40,000 bases of DNA. Source: Serratia phage vB_SmaM-Yubaba. Where the stretch lies: the sequence record ON287375.1. One strand, 5' to 3'. The translations under genes and the position numbers were made by a program. Position 1 is the first letter of the stretch, and each line of letters opens with the position of its first letter. This document shows, piece after piece, positions 17,742-26,599 of this stretch. Under the pieces are notes generated by a model. That model saw only the letters and a program-made list of their open reading frames with translations. It was not told where the DNA came from and did no database searches.

Positions 17742-19658
17742 ATGTCTCTCGATAACAACATGAACGCAAACAACGCTAACTCTTCTTCTAACAACAACGC
17801 TGGTAAAAACACTATGCAATCTTCAAATGCTCTGTTCGGTCTGCTGGGTGAAGCGAACCTGTTCTCTTCTACTCACTCTATCGCTGAAGTAAAAGACATC
17901 CAGAAATCTCTGGAAGAAACCATCAAGTACCTGCAGAAGAACACTGCATCTCAGTCTCAGAAAATCTCTCTGCCGACTCTGGTTCAGTCTATTACTTCTG
18001 ACATCAGTTCTCAGCTGCCAGGTCTGACCATCTCCACTGTGATCGACGGCACCCGCTACGTCATGCCAGTTCTGTTCTACAAAACTGGTGTTACTGAAGC
18101 TACCGAAGTGATCATGCTGGCTAACGAAAACATGCCTCGCGGTATCGCTAAAGTACCAGCGTCCTTCATGAACCAGGAACTGATGGAGAAGATCAAATCT
18201 ACTTCTGCATTCCACGAAGGCCAGCAGATGAAGAACGTTGTCATCATCGCTCCTTCTGTAGTTAACCTGGAAACCTTCATCAAGAACGCAGTGAAAGCTG
18301 AAGACGTTGTTCCAGAAGTTCGTACCAACCTGCTGAAAGAGTGGAACACTGCTCTGTACAACCTGGTTGTTCTGGAAGTTACCAAACAAGGCGTTCAGTT
18401 CCCAACTCCGTTCAAAGACGGTAAACTGTTCGGTAAAGATGATGCAGCTGTGGCTCGTATCGAACCTGTAAACCGTGCGACCATCGACGGCAAACCAGTT
18501 CCATACAACCTGGCAGTTAAACTGCACACTACCAACAAAAACAACACGCAGAACATGAACAGCAACAACACTCGTTCTATCTGCACCACTTACCTGAAAG
18601 TGTCTCTGGAAGCAATGTCTCAGGCTCAGTTCCTGCAGGCTCGTCAGCTGCGTCCAGGCGTTAACGTAGGCCCACTGGTTCCAGTAATCTCTACTGGTAT
18701 CACTATCCCTGGCGAAACCCTGAACAACAACAACTCCATGCTGACTGCTCTGCTGGGTCTGTACGCATCTATCGGTGCAAACCAGATGCAGTTCTTCTCT
18801 GAAGCATTCCGTGGTAAAGAAGTTGGTCATTCCGGTAACCTGGGTAACTTCAACAACTACCTGACTCAGATGTTGGGCGGTGCTTACGGCACCAGCCAGA
18901 TGATCACCGATAAGAACATCACCAACGCTGCACAGGTAAACCAGTGGCTGAACAGCTACGTTGCTCCGAACGCAGTATACGTTCTGGATCTGGCATCCTT
19001 CACCGAAGACGTTTCTAACTCCGACTTCTGGTGGAACATCATCGGTCAGCCTAATGGTTCTACTTACCATAAAGCTCTGATCAACCTGATGGACGTTCTG
19101 TCTAACAAAGCTTTCAGCCGCATCATCTCTGAAAATGCTTCCAAAGGTCAGAACCGTGATCCTCGTAAAGACTGGACTGCAGGTGATGCAATCCTGAAAC
19201 CTACTCCGATCATGATGCCTGCTGGTATCGCTCGTGGTAAAGATGGCAAATGGTTCGACCTGGCAGAAGTTGACGGCATGTTCCTGCGTCAGGAAAACTA
19301 CTACGGTCAAAACGAACCAGCTGTTAACCAATACCTGGGTCTGATCAACGGCGCAACCGGTACCGATCCAAAAGCTCGTCAGTACGCTATCTACAACCTG
19401 CTGAATCAACTGTTCGATACCAACGTAATCATCGAAGGTTGGAAACGTCGTTTCGTATGGGAAGATGCGTTCTTCAACACCGCAGCACGCGCAATGGCAA
19501 CTGCTGGTGCAATGACCATGTCTGCAAGCAACAACGTATCCGCATGGCAGGTACAACACAGCAACGATTACCTGAACTACACTATGTCTGCAGTTCTGCA
19601 GCAGGGTATGCAGGTAGGCGCAATGGGTGGCTTCTCTGGCGCATACACCCACTACTAA
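17742..19658 (+). CDS. chmA: chimallin-like phage nucleus shell protein
   Basis: 638 aa, Asn/Ser-rich flexible N-terminus, strong highly-expressed codon bias, own promoter and terminator, directly upstream of RNAP beta' N-terminal subunit (as phiKZ gp54/gp55). Confidence 0.82.
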   Translation: MSLDNNMNANNANSSSNNNAGKNTMQSSNALFGLLGEANLFSSTHSIAEVKDIQKSLEETIKYLQKNTASQSQKISLPTLVQSITSDISSQLPGLTISTVIDGTRYVMPVLFYKTGVTEATEVIMLANENMPRGIAKVPASFMNQELMEKIKSTSAFHEGQQMKNVVIIAPSVVNLETFIKNAVKAEDVVPEVRTNLLKEWNTALYNLVVLEVTKQGVQFPTPFKDGKLFGKDDAAVARIEPVNRATIDGKPVPYNLAVKLHTTNKNNTQNMNSNNTRSICTTYLKVSLEAMSQAQFLQARQLRPGVNVGPLVPVISTGITIPGETLNNNNSMLTALLGLYASIGANQMQFFSEAFRGKEVGHSGNLGNFNNYLTQMLGGAYGTSQMITDKNITNAAQVNQWLNSYVAPNAVYVLDLASFTEDVSNSDFWWNIIGQPNGSTYHKALINLMDVLSNKAFSRIISENASKGQNRDPRKDWTAGDAILKPTPIMMPAGIARGKDGKWFDLAEVDGMFLRQENYYGQNEPAVNQYLGLINGATGTDPKARQYAIYNLLNQLFDTNVIIEGWKRRFVWEDAFFNTAARAMATAGAMTMSASNNVSAWQVQHSNDYLNYTMSAVLQQGMQVGAMGGFSGAYTHY

Positions 19659-19699
19659 TAACTAGTAGTAAAAAGCTGAAGTGTAATTAACTAAATCAA

Positions 19700-19739
19700 C
19701 AGAGAGGGTGGGTGAAAGCCCTCCTCTCTGTTTGTTTTT
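19700..19739 (+). terminator. Rho-independent terminator after chmA
   Basis: CAGAGAGG..GGG..CCC..CCTCTCTG then TTTGTTTTTA. Confidence 0.85.
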
Positions 19740-19756
19740 ATAGGGGTTTTATTTTT

Positions 19757-21346
19757 ATGTCAAGTATGGCAGATATACTTAACAAATTCGCAGATGAACA
19801 TATGGTCCCAAGTAAGTTGTTTGATGCAATGATCAAAGCAACTGGGATAGTACCGCAGCAAGATGACCAGTCGTTCTATACCCCAATTTATCCAGACTTC
19901 ATTGACTTCAATGAAAAGCACGACCAATCCATCACCCCACCAATCTATCTGAATGACTTCGACTTTAATATAGAAGAAGACCGTCAGGCGATTATTGAAT
20001 TACTTCGTACAGAGTTCGAAGGTAATAACTTTGACACTGTAGCTTCTTGTAGTTGTAAGAAGTATCGTAGTAACTCTTATCTGGGTTCTGGTTTCGTTTG
20101 TGAGTCCTGTGGTCATGAAGTAGTTAAACCACTAACCAGTCGTATTGAGACTAAGGTCTGGTTGAAACGTCCAGCAAAAGTATCTGGCTTTATTAGTCCG
20201 GCTATGTATGCGGTGTTCTTCAGTAAACTGAATACCAAATCTCCAAAGGTCAACCTGGTGGACTATTGGGTTAACCCTGATGTCCGTAATGAGAAACGTT
20301 TCAAAGATCCAAACAACAATGCTTTCAAAATCGCATGTAAGATCGAAGCATTCCGTGAAACCCTGAACATCCCTTATGGATATAACAGTTTCATCGAAAA
20401 CATCGACCTGATCATCCGTAGTGCGATTGAAGCAGATGTAAGTAAAGTACTCGATCTGTCTGAACAAGATCGTAACTATTATTCTGAGTTCTGGGATAAG
20501 TATCGTACAAAAGCGGTATTCAACTATCTCCCACTCCCAAACAAAATCACCACAGTCGTTGAATCCGACCAACGTGACCGTTATGTAAACAAAGAGCAAA
20601 CTGATCTGGATAAGATCTATTTCACAATCGCCGATACCTATCCTGACTATGATATCCGCGTAGATGAAAACGAAGACTTGATGGGTCGTAACCTGAAAGG
20701 TCTGGTGGATGCTCTGGCGGAAGTACAGAAGAACATTCTGTTCGGTAAGAAGGGGATGATTCGATATCACGCAGGTGCTGGTAAATTACCATTTACTGGT
20801 CGATCCATTATCACTGGTGAATCTGGAGTGTGTCGTTCTGATACAATCATTTTACCATGGATGTACGGGTTAACCTGTCTGGATAAACATCTGACTTCCT
20901 GGTTGTATCGTAAAGGATATACTCCGAAGAAGATCAAGGAAATAATCCGAACTGCGGCTCACGCTAAACTTCCGATTATTGAAGAATTCTATACCTGGAT
21001 TGAAACCAACCGTTATGCAATGGTAACCGCTGGTCGAAATCCATCAATCCAATATCTGTCTGCACGTGGCTTCTTCGTTAAGTTCAACCGTGACCTTGAT
21101 GATAAATCCATCCGTATTCCGATTACTACTGTAAAAGAATTCGGTGCTGACTTTGATGGCGATCAGATGTATGTGATCTTCATTCCTGACATGATGTCTA
21201 AGATTGAAGCATATTCCAGCTGGGGCCACCATCAGATGTTGGATCCAAATAAACCATTTAGAACCAGTCGTTTTGCAACACACACCAAGACAAACCTGCT
21301 GAATATTAATTCGCTGTTTCTTGATGTTCCTATTGAGGAGGATTAA
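19757..21346 (+). CDS. non-virion RNA polymerase beta' N-terminal subunit (phiKZ gp55-like)
   Basis: Catalytic EFGADFDGDQMYV; zinc-ribbon-like CSCKK...VCESCGHEV; in-frame ATG at 19757. Confidence 0.9.
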   Translation: MSSMADILNKFADEHMVPSKLFDAMIKATGIVPQQDDQSFYTPIYPDFIDFNEKHDQSITPPIYLNDFDFNIEEDRQAIIELLRTEFEGNNFDTVASCSCKKYRSNSYLGSGFVCESCGHEVVKPLTSRIETKVWLKRPAKVSGFISPAMYAVFFSKLNTKSPKVNLVDYWVNPDVRNEKRFKDPNNNAFKIACKIEAFRETLNIPYGYNSFIENIDLIIRSAIEADVSKVLDLSEQDRNYYSEFWDKYRTKAVFNYLPLPNKITTVVESDQRDRYVNKEQTDLDKIYFTIADTYPDYDIRVDENEDLMGRNLKGLVDALAEVQKNILFGKKGMIRYHAGAGKLPFTGRSIITGESGVCRSDTIILPWMYGLTCLDKHLTSWLYRKGYTPKKIKEIIRTAAHAKLPIIEEFYTWIETNRYAMVTAGRNPSIQYLSARGFFVKFNRDLDDKSIRIPITTVKEFGADFDGDQMYVIFIPDMMSKIEAYSSWGHHQMLDPNKPFRTSRFATHTKTNLLNINSLFLDVPIEED

Positions 21347-22014
21347 TGCTAAATGCAACTAGCGCATTTACCCGTGCATGTAGTGGGTCGATGACGGATG
21401 CAAGTGCAGGTGCTTTTGATAAGTTCATGAATGGGTTTTATGATCGATATCAGAATCTGAGTGGATGGTTAGGTGAAACCCTTAATACGGTAAAGGAAGC
21501 CCATAAGAACTTTATGGATTCTCGTATGTGGGAATTCTCTAACCGAGTTAATGGTAAAGATGGTCAGTATGTTGGTCGCTTTGAAATCGGTTATTTGTCT
21601 GAAGCGCAATATCAAAGACAAGCAACTGGGTTCATGAGAGATTATATCATGGCCAACCCACTCTTGATGGGTCTGTATCAGGATGGTCGTGTCGATGGTT
21701 ATGGTGGGGACTTTAGTGACCTGTGTACTGGAGTAGGTCGCGATAACTTCTATTATAATAAATCCATCGATGGTAAGGTAATGTTTGATGCTGAAGAGAA
21801 CACATTAAACAGAACGGTGTTTACATCTTCCCGTGATGCTCTGACTCATCTGACATTCTCCGAACGTGTTGATATCCATCGCACCTGGCAAGCTACTAAC
21901 CTTCATATCGCAGCGAATCTGTTTGATCCAACTTCTATTATTGGTGATAACATTCTGAGCATGGAAGAAGTAGAAGAACGTCGTCGTAAGTTAGAAGAAG
22001 AGAGTTCTGAATAA
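21346..22014 (+). CDS. conserved hypothetical phage protein, 222 aa
   Basis: ATG overlaps preceding stop; ends before a terminator. Confidence 0.75.
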   Translation: MLNATSAFTRACSGSMTDASAGAFDKFMNGFYDRYQNLSGWLGETLNTVKEAHKNFMDSRMWEFSNRVNGKDGQYVGRFEIGYLSEAQYQRQATGFMRDYIMANPLLMGLYQDGRVDGYGGDFSDLCTGVGRDNFYYNKSIDGKVMFDAEENTLNRTVFTSSRDALTHLTFSERVDIHRTWQATNLHIAANLFDPTSIIGDNILSMEEVEERRRKLEEESSE

Positions 22015-22021
22015 CTGAAAT

Positions 22022-22053
22022 AGCAATGGGGTGGAAACACCCTGTTGCTTTTA
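22022..22053 (+). terminator. Rho-independent terminator, GNRA loop
   Basis: AGCAATGGGGTG-GAAA-CACCCTGTTGCT-TTTA. Confidence 0.88.
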
Positions 22054-22083
22054 TTCAGGTTCTTATTTTTTTTGTGAGAAAAT

Positions 22084-22539
22084 ATGATTTTTGATACTGA
22101 ACGTATGGATGAGTGTTTGAAGTCTGAACGCATTACTTGTCCTCCAGGATTATCAAGAGAACAGAAACGGACTTTTATCATTCAACATGCTACTGATAAA
22201 GAGGGTAATGTGGATATTCATAAAGACGGTCTAGTCGTTGTCAAACGTAAGTCTGATGATCTTAATAACTTTAAAGCCTATAACCTTAAAGGAGGTGACA
22301 AAGTTGCTCGCATCAACTTCCAAAATGGATTTGTGGATGAACAAACTGGTGCCAATGGTTTGACTAACGAAGCACTCATTGCAATTGCACTGAATCGCTT
22401 AGAAGGTCAGAACAAAGGTAAGTTCCAGTCCATCCATAATGATAAAGCTATCGAATGTTTACGTGGTGCTTTGGTTGCACTTAAAGCTCGCGTAGATGAC
22501 AGAATAGCTCGTGGTGTTTCTAACACTGATGCGGAGTAA
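22084..22539 (+). CDS. putative Acb2/Tad1-like cyclic-nucleotide sponge (anti-CBASS/anti-Thoeris family)
   Basis: Family-like pattern [34 protein letters not shown]...[21 protein letters not shown]; adjacent to Acb1-like gene. Confidence 0.6.
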   Translation: MIFDTERMDECLKSERITCPPGLSREQKRTFIIQHATDKEGNVDIHKDGLVVVKRKSDDLNNFKAYNLKGGDKVARINFQNGFVDEQTGANGLTNEALIAIALNRLEGQNKGKFQSIHNDKAIECLRGALVALKARVDDRIARGVSNTDAE

Positions 22540-23007
22540 ATGATGTCTAACTTTGGTTACTGTGAATTACAGGTTGACCTTAACACCGGGATTAAGATTC
22601 AAAAGGCCATCGACTCTGCTGAGGTTGAACAACCTTTAGATCTTATTCCTGCCAACAAGCTCCATGCTACAATAATGTACGATGAACGGAATCCTGATAT
22701 CTTCCCTTCTAAATCTAAGTCGGTTTACAAGGCCAAGATTAAAGGCGTAAAGACTTTAGGAGAACCTGGTTCTAAGTGGTATGCGGCAGCTTTGGTACTG
22801 GAGTCCCCAGCTATCCAAAACCGCTTCAAGCAGCTACTGGATGAAGGTTTCCAACATTCTTATGACGACCTTCTGTTACACGTATCATTATGCTACGGTA
22901 AAGATACCGATATCCTTGCACCTATATTAGAGAAGATGTTGGCGGAAGGTAAACTTCCTGAAACAATTACTCTGTGCAATGAGACTTGGGAACACTGTGG
23001 TATTTAA
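22540..23007 (+). CDS. acb1: 2H phosphodiesterase, Acb1-like anti-CBASS nuclease
   Basis: 155 aa with KLHATIMY (H42/T44) and YDDLLLHVSLCY (H114/S116), the paired HxT/S motifs and spacing expected for T4 Acb1 (gp57B). Confidence 0.78.
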   Translation: MMSNFGYCELQVDLNTGIKIQKAIDSAEVEQPLDLIPANKLHATIMYDERNPDIFPSKSKSVYKAKIKGVKTLGEPGSKWYAAALVLESPAIQNRFKQLLDEGFQHSYDDLLLHVSLCYGKDTDILAPILEKMLAEGKLPETITLCNETWEHCGI

Positions 23008-23085
23008 GCATGGGCGCTGTAAGGATGATTTAGTAGAGGGATCTGGTAGGAGAGTGGATTCATATTCACTTGTATTTCATTTCAG

Positions 23086-23107
23086 ACCTATATTACTTAA
23101 GTGATAA
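23086..23107 (+). promoter_or_regulatory. putative early promoter with exact TATATTAC core
   Basis: ACCTATATTACTTAAGTGATAA upstream of small membrane protein gene. Confidence 0.6.
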
Positions 23108-23151
23108 ACCTAAACAGTTTAAACTTAATTAACTATAGAGAGAAACTAATT

Positions 23152-23319
23152 ATGTTCTTTAACAGCCCACATGACTCAGTAGTAATCGGTTCTGCATTCT
23201 TCTCCGGTGTTGGTGCTCTGGTATTTGGCACAGCTGCTTATTATGGTATCAAAGCGGCAGTGATTCAGTTCATCAATAATCGCGAATCTAACCGTCCAAT
23301 GGCTACTCGCAATAAATAA
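23152..23319 (+). CDS. small single-pass membrane protein, 55 aa
   Basis: MFFNSPHDSVVIGSAFFSGVGALVFGTAAYYGIKAAVIQFINNRESNRPMATRNK; hydrophobic helix; bounded by promoter-like element and terminator. Confidence 0.7.
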   Translation: MFFNSPHDSVVIGSAFFSGVGALVFGTAAYYGIKAAVIQFINNRESNRPMATRNK

Positions 23320-23327
23320 GTCATAAC

Positions 23328-23355
23328 CAGGATCTCCCGTAATTGGGAGATCCTG
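23328..23355 (+). terminator. intrinsic terminator
   Basis: CAGGATCTCCC-GTAATT-GGGAGATCCTG, followed by T-rich DNA. Confidence 0.8.
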
Positions 23356-23422
23356 TTATTATCTGCTTGTTTATTTTTTTTTGTTTTCATATTTTGATTA
23401 GCTTTATATAGAGGAAGTCAAA

Positions 23423-23830
23423 ATGTCCAAAGGTGTAGTGGGAACGATGGATACCGTAGGGTTTATTACCGAACCCACCATCAAGATAGATAGACTTATT
23501 GCATACTGGTTTGCTAACCGTATTGACCAATGTCTCATACTCCGTAACATTCACTCTTATCAGTACGTCATCGCCAAACACCAAGACGATAAAAAGAATG
23601 AAGACAAGTTACTGGAAGATATAAAAAATAACCTTCAGGCATATTTACTGGAGTGCTTCGAAGGGTGTTCTGTTGACGCCTGGGCGAAGCGTGATAATCC
23701 TGAAGATAAAATGTTTACCTTGGTACTCTCTGGTGTTGTTTTCCAAGATGGCAAGGAATATGAACTCAGTAACTCCGTTCTGATTAACGGTAGTACTTAT
23801 GAACTCATTGATAAAGGTAGAGGCGGTTAA
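23423..23830 (+). CDS. hypothetical protein, 135 aa
   Basis: ORF with AGAGGAAG upstream (ATG at 23423). Confidence 0.75.
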   Translation: MSKGVVGTMDTVGFITEPTIKIDRLIAYWFANRIDQCLILRNIHSYQYVIAKHQDDKKNEDKLLEDIKNNLQAYLLECFEGCSVDAWAKRDNPEDKMFTLVLSGVVFQDGKEYELSNSVLINGSTYELIDKGRGG

Positions 23831-23831
23831 C

Positions 23832-24635
23832 GTGGTAGATAAAACTCAGTTTGATAATATCGACAAATCCAAACATGGTAAATTAATTGAATTCATGACA
23901 GATGCTTTTAAGTCTGTCGAAATCGCTGGTAAGAATGTAATCCAAACTCCAGATGGCGAGTTTATTGAATATGTTCTTATGGAAGAGAAATACTTCATTG
24001 ATAACTGGTTGGTTCAGTTTGCTATCGGTCATGTCGGTGAAAAGAACTACTTCAACCATGAAGCCTGGTCTCGTTTGACTAATGCTTTCACTAAGGGCGT
24101 TATTGTTCTTAATGAAGATAAACAGCCTGTGGTACTGATCCGTAAGTTTATTGATATGGATTTGAACTACATGCAGAAACACCATCTGCAAGATGTGGCC
24201 GGCCAAGCTTCTGATGCTAAATTCATTCCTAATAAGGAAGAGGCTGATGAGTTGGTTAATCGTTTTGCTGAAGCAGTTAAAGTCATCACTAGTCAGAATC
24301 CAGACTACGATACATTGACCGCTATGATTCCTTTGGAATACTACCTACGTAATGGCGTAGATCCAACTGTGGTTAAACAAGTCATCTATATTCGTGACAA
24401 CTACAAAATCAATGGTGAACCAATCGAACCAGATTGTGAGATCATGAAAGAAGTAGAAGCTATTCTGTATAAACATGCACGAATGGAACCTGTCACTGCA
24501 AAAGAGAAAGCTTTGGTTACCGAAGTTACTAATGGTGATTTTATTTTCGACGAGAACCCTAATAAGGTAGAAGATAAAGTTAACCAAACTGCCGAATCTG
24601 ATCAGGTAGCCGATTTCGATCCATTAGCTGAATAA
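23832..24635 (+). CDS. hypothetical protein, ~267 aa, acidic C-terminus
   Basis: Likely GTG start at 23832 preceded by AGAGG; ORF track starts at 23799 inside previous gene. Confidence 0.7.
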   Translation: MVDKTQFDNIDKSKHGKLIEFMTDAFKSVEIAGKNVIQTPDGEFIEYVLMEEKYFIDNWLVQFAIGHVGEKNYFNHEAWSRLTNAFTKGVIVLNEDKQPVVLIRKFIDMDLNYMQKHHLQDVAGQASDAKFIPNKEEADELVNRFAEAVKVITSQNPDYDTLTAMIPLEYYLRNGVDPTVVKQVIYIRDNYKINGEPIEPDCEIMKEVEAILYKHARMEPVTAKEKALVTEVTNGDFIFDENPNKVEDKVNQTAESDQVADFDPLAE

Positions 24636-24661
24636 TAAGCTTGTGGGTGTAGAGGAAACAT

Positions 24662-25798
24662 ATGAAAGAAAATTTCTTCGGTGTACAGACCACGGACCAT
24701 CACTGTCTGCACCCACATACTCCAACTCGTCATATCTTGGGTAACCTTGATCAGTTCTACTATAAGGAACTGAACCTTGACGAAGTTGACTTTAATATAT
24801 TAACTGGTGACTTCTTCCATGATTTAGCACCAGCTAATGATCCAAACATGATGCTCTGTCAGCGCTGGATTAAAAAGCACCTTCAAATATGTCATGATAA
24901 GAAAGTTCATGTTCGTATACTTGAAGGGACTTCTTCCCATGACTGGGGTCAACCTGAAGTATTTGATATCCTTAAACCTAAGGATACTCCGTACATTAAG
25001 TACGTTAACACACTGTCTATTGAGTATATTCCAGAGCTAGATATCAACGTTATGTACGTCCCTGATAACTTCGGTCATAAGTCTACTGAACTTATTTACG
25101 AAGATGCTCTGAAACTTCTGGCTGGCGCAGGTCTTAAACAAGTTGACTTTATTCTGTTGCATGGTGGATTTGATTATCAACTTCCTCCAATTGCTAATAA
25201 GAATGGATCTTTGTATGATTCAGTCAAATGGTCTGCTTTAGCCAAGAAAGCCATATTCAGTGGTCATATTCATAAACCAAGTCATAAACTGAATATCTAT
25301 TGTGGCGGTAGCTTTGACCGTACAGCCTTTGGTGAAATGCATCCTAAAGGTGGTTATAAGTTCTGGTGGGGTAAGGATGATTTTAAGGCAGAGTTCTGGG
25401 AGAACAAGAATGCCTTGATCTATGACAAAATCCTTATCAATCGTGAGATGGGTGCTAAAGAGATCCAAAGGGAACTGAATAACTACTTAGCTAAGAACCC
25501 ACCTAAGAACACACATATTCGTTTGGTTGGTGGTTTGGCCTCCGTTACCGGTTCTTTAATTAACGATTATAAAGAACAATACCCTCAGTATCATTTTGAT
25601 CTGGATAATGTTAAAGAGGATAACATCGAAGTTGATGATACCTTGTATACACCAGAAATGTACAAAGGGGTATCTCTGACCAAGTTGAACCTTCAGGATA
25701 GTTTGTTTAACTTCATGGAGTCTACCTTACAGCAGAATGACGATATTGATCGTGATTTGTTGAAGGAACTCCTATCAGAGGTAATGGAGAATGATTGA
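24662..25798 (+). CDS. SbcD/Mre11-like metallophosphoesterase (exonuclease subunit)
   Basis: Calcineurin-like motifs TGDFFHD, GTSSHDW, LLHGGFD, FSGHIH; position in phiKZ-like core. Confidence 0.78.
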   Translation: MKENFFGVQTTDHHCLHPHTPTRHILGNLDQFYYKELNLDEVDFNILTGDFFHDLAPANDPNMMLCQRWIKKHLQICHDKKVHVRILEGTSSHDWGQPEVFDILKPKDTPYIKYVNTLSIEYIPELDINVMYVPDNFGHKSTELIYEDALKLLAGAGLKQVDFILLHGGFDYQLPPIANKNGSLYDSVKWSALAKKAIFSGHIHKPSHKLNIYCGGSFDRTAFGEMHPKGGYKFWWGKDDFKAEFWENKNALIYDKILINREMGAKEIQRELNNYLAKNPPKNTHIRLVGGLASVTGSLINDYKEQYPQYHFDLDNVKEDNIEVDDTLYTPEMYKGVSLTKLNLQDSLFNFMESTLQQNDDIDRDLLKELLSEVMEND

Positions 25799-26585
25799 AA
25801 GAACTAAAGGTACACTTCCTATAAGCGTCGGTACGGCGCTTGCTATAGAAGTTCTACCTGGGACAGCCATGCATAAGTATGGTGCCCTCCTGGTGAATCT
25901 CAGGACGATTATCCGTAATGCTAGACAAGCTTACGATGATTACGTTCCGACGGTTAAGGAATTAACCCAAGCAGTCAAGGAAGACATCATCGGGATAGCT
26001 GAAGCAATAGTCGCAATGAAGATAAAGACGGTTTTAGAATTAAAGTTTTACTACCCTAGCTATCTATCGTTACCAAGATTATTTCCTTTAGCAAAACTTA
26101 AAGACGTTGAGAAAGATGGAAATGATAATCAAAAGAAATTGGCTAGGCTGGATAAAGATGTTGCAACTAACATCTTAAAGGAGTTTGGAGATAGCATCCT
26201 TAAAACAGATTCCAAGATTCCTCAGTTTACTCATGACGCTTTGATTATCACTCACCATCCAGTCGATTTAGTAACGACTGATTCTTACGCCAGACTTAAT
26301 CTATTAGAGTCTCATACTGGTGCGATCAAGAACTACACATTGTTCTACACCAAGTTGACAGGTTCTGATAAATTTACAAACATACCTTTTAATAAACTGA
26401 CGATACAGATATTTGGAGACAAATCTACAAACTTCTACTCTCAGTCATTAGGTGTGAAGAATGAAGTTAAGATGTTGGCGGATACTGCACGCTGGAGTAC
26501 TGCATCAACGCCTTCATTAGTAGCAAGATCAATCCGATCTCTGGGCAATACACCAGAGAAACAAATTCTACTCAAAATGATTTAA
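25791..26585 (+). CDS. conserved hypothetical protein, 264 aa
   Basis: ATGA-type overlap with nuclease gene and followed by SSB-like gene. Confidence 0.75.
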   Translation: MIERTKGTLPISVGTALAIEVLPGTAMHKYGALLVNLRTIIRNARQAYDDYVPTVKELTQAVKEDIIGIAEAIVAMKIKTVLELKFYYPSYLSLPRLFPLAKLKDVEKDGNDNQKKLARLDKDVATNILKEFGDSILKTDSKIPQFTHDALIITHHPVDLVTTDSYARLNLLESHTGAIKNYTLFYTKLTGSDKFTNIPFNKLTIQIFGDKSTNFYSQSLGVKNEVKMLADTARWSTASTPSLVARSIRSLGNTPEKQILLKMI

Positions 26586-26599
26586 ATAAGGAACTTATT

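Noticed and set aside
17823-19652. 609-aa antisense ORF opposite chmA
   Set aside because: Explained by the strong codon bias of chmA; no RBS, composition His/Val/Phe-rich and implausible as a protein
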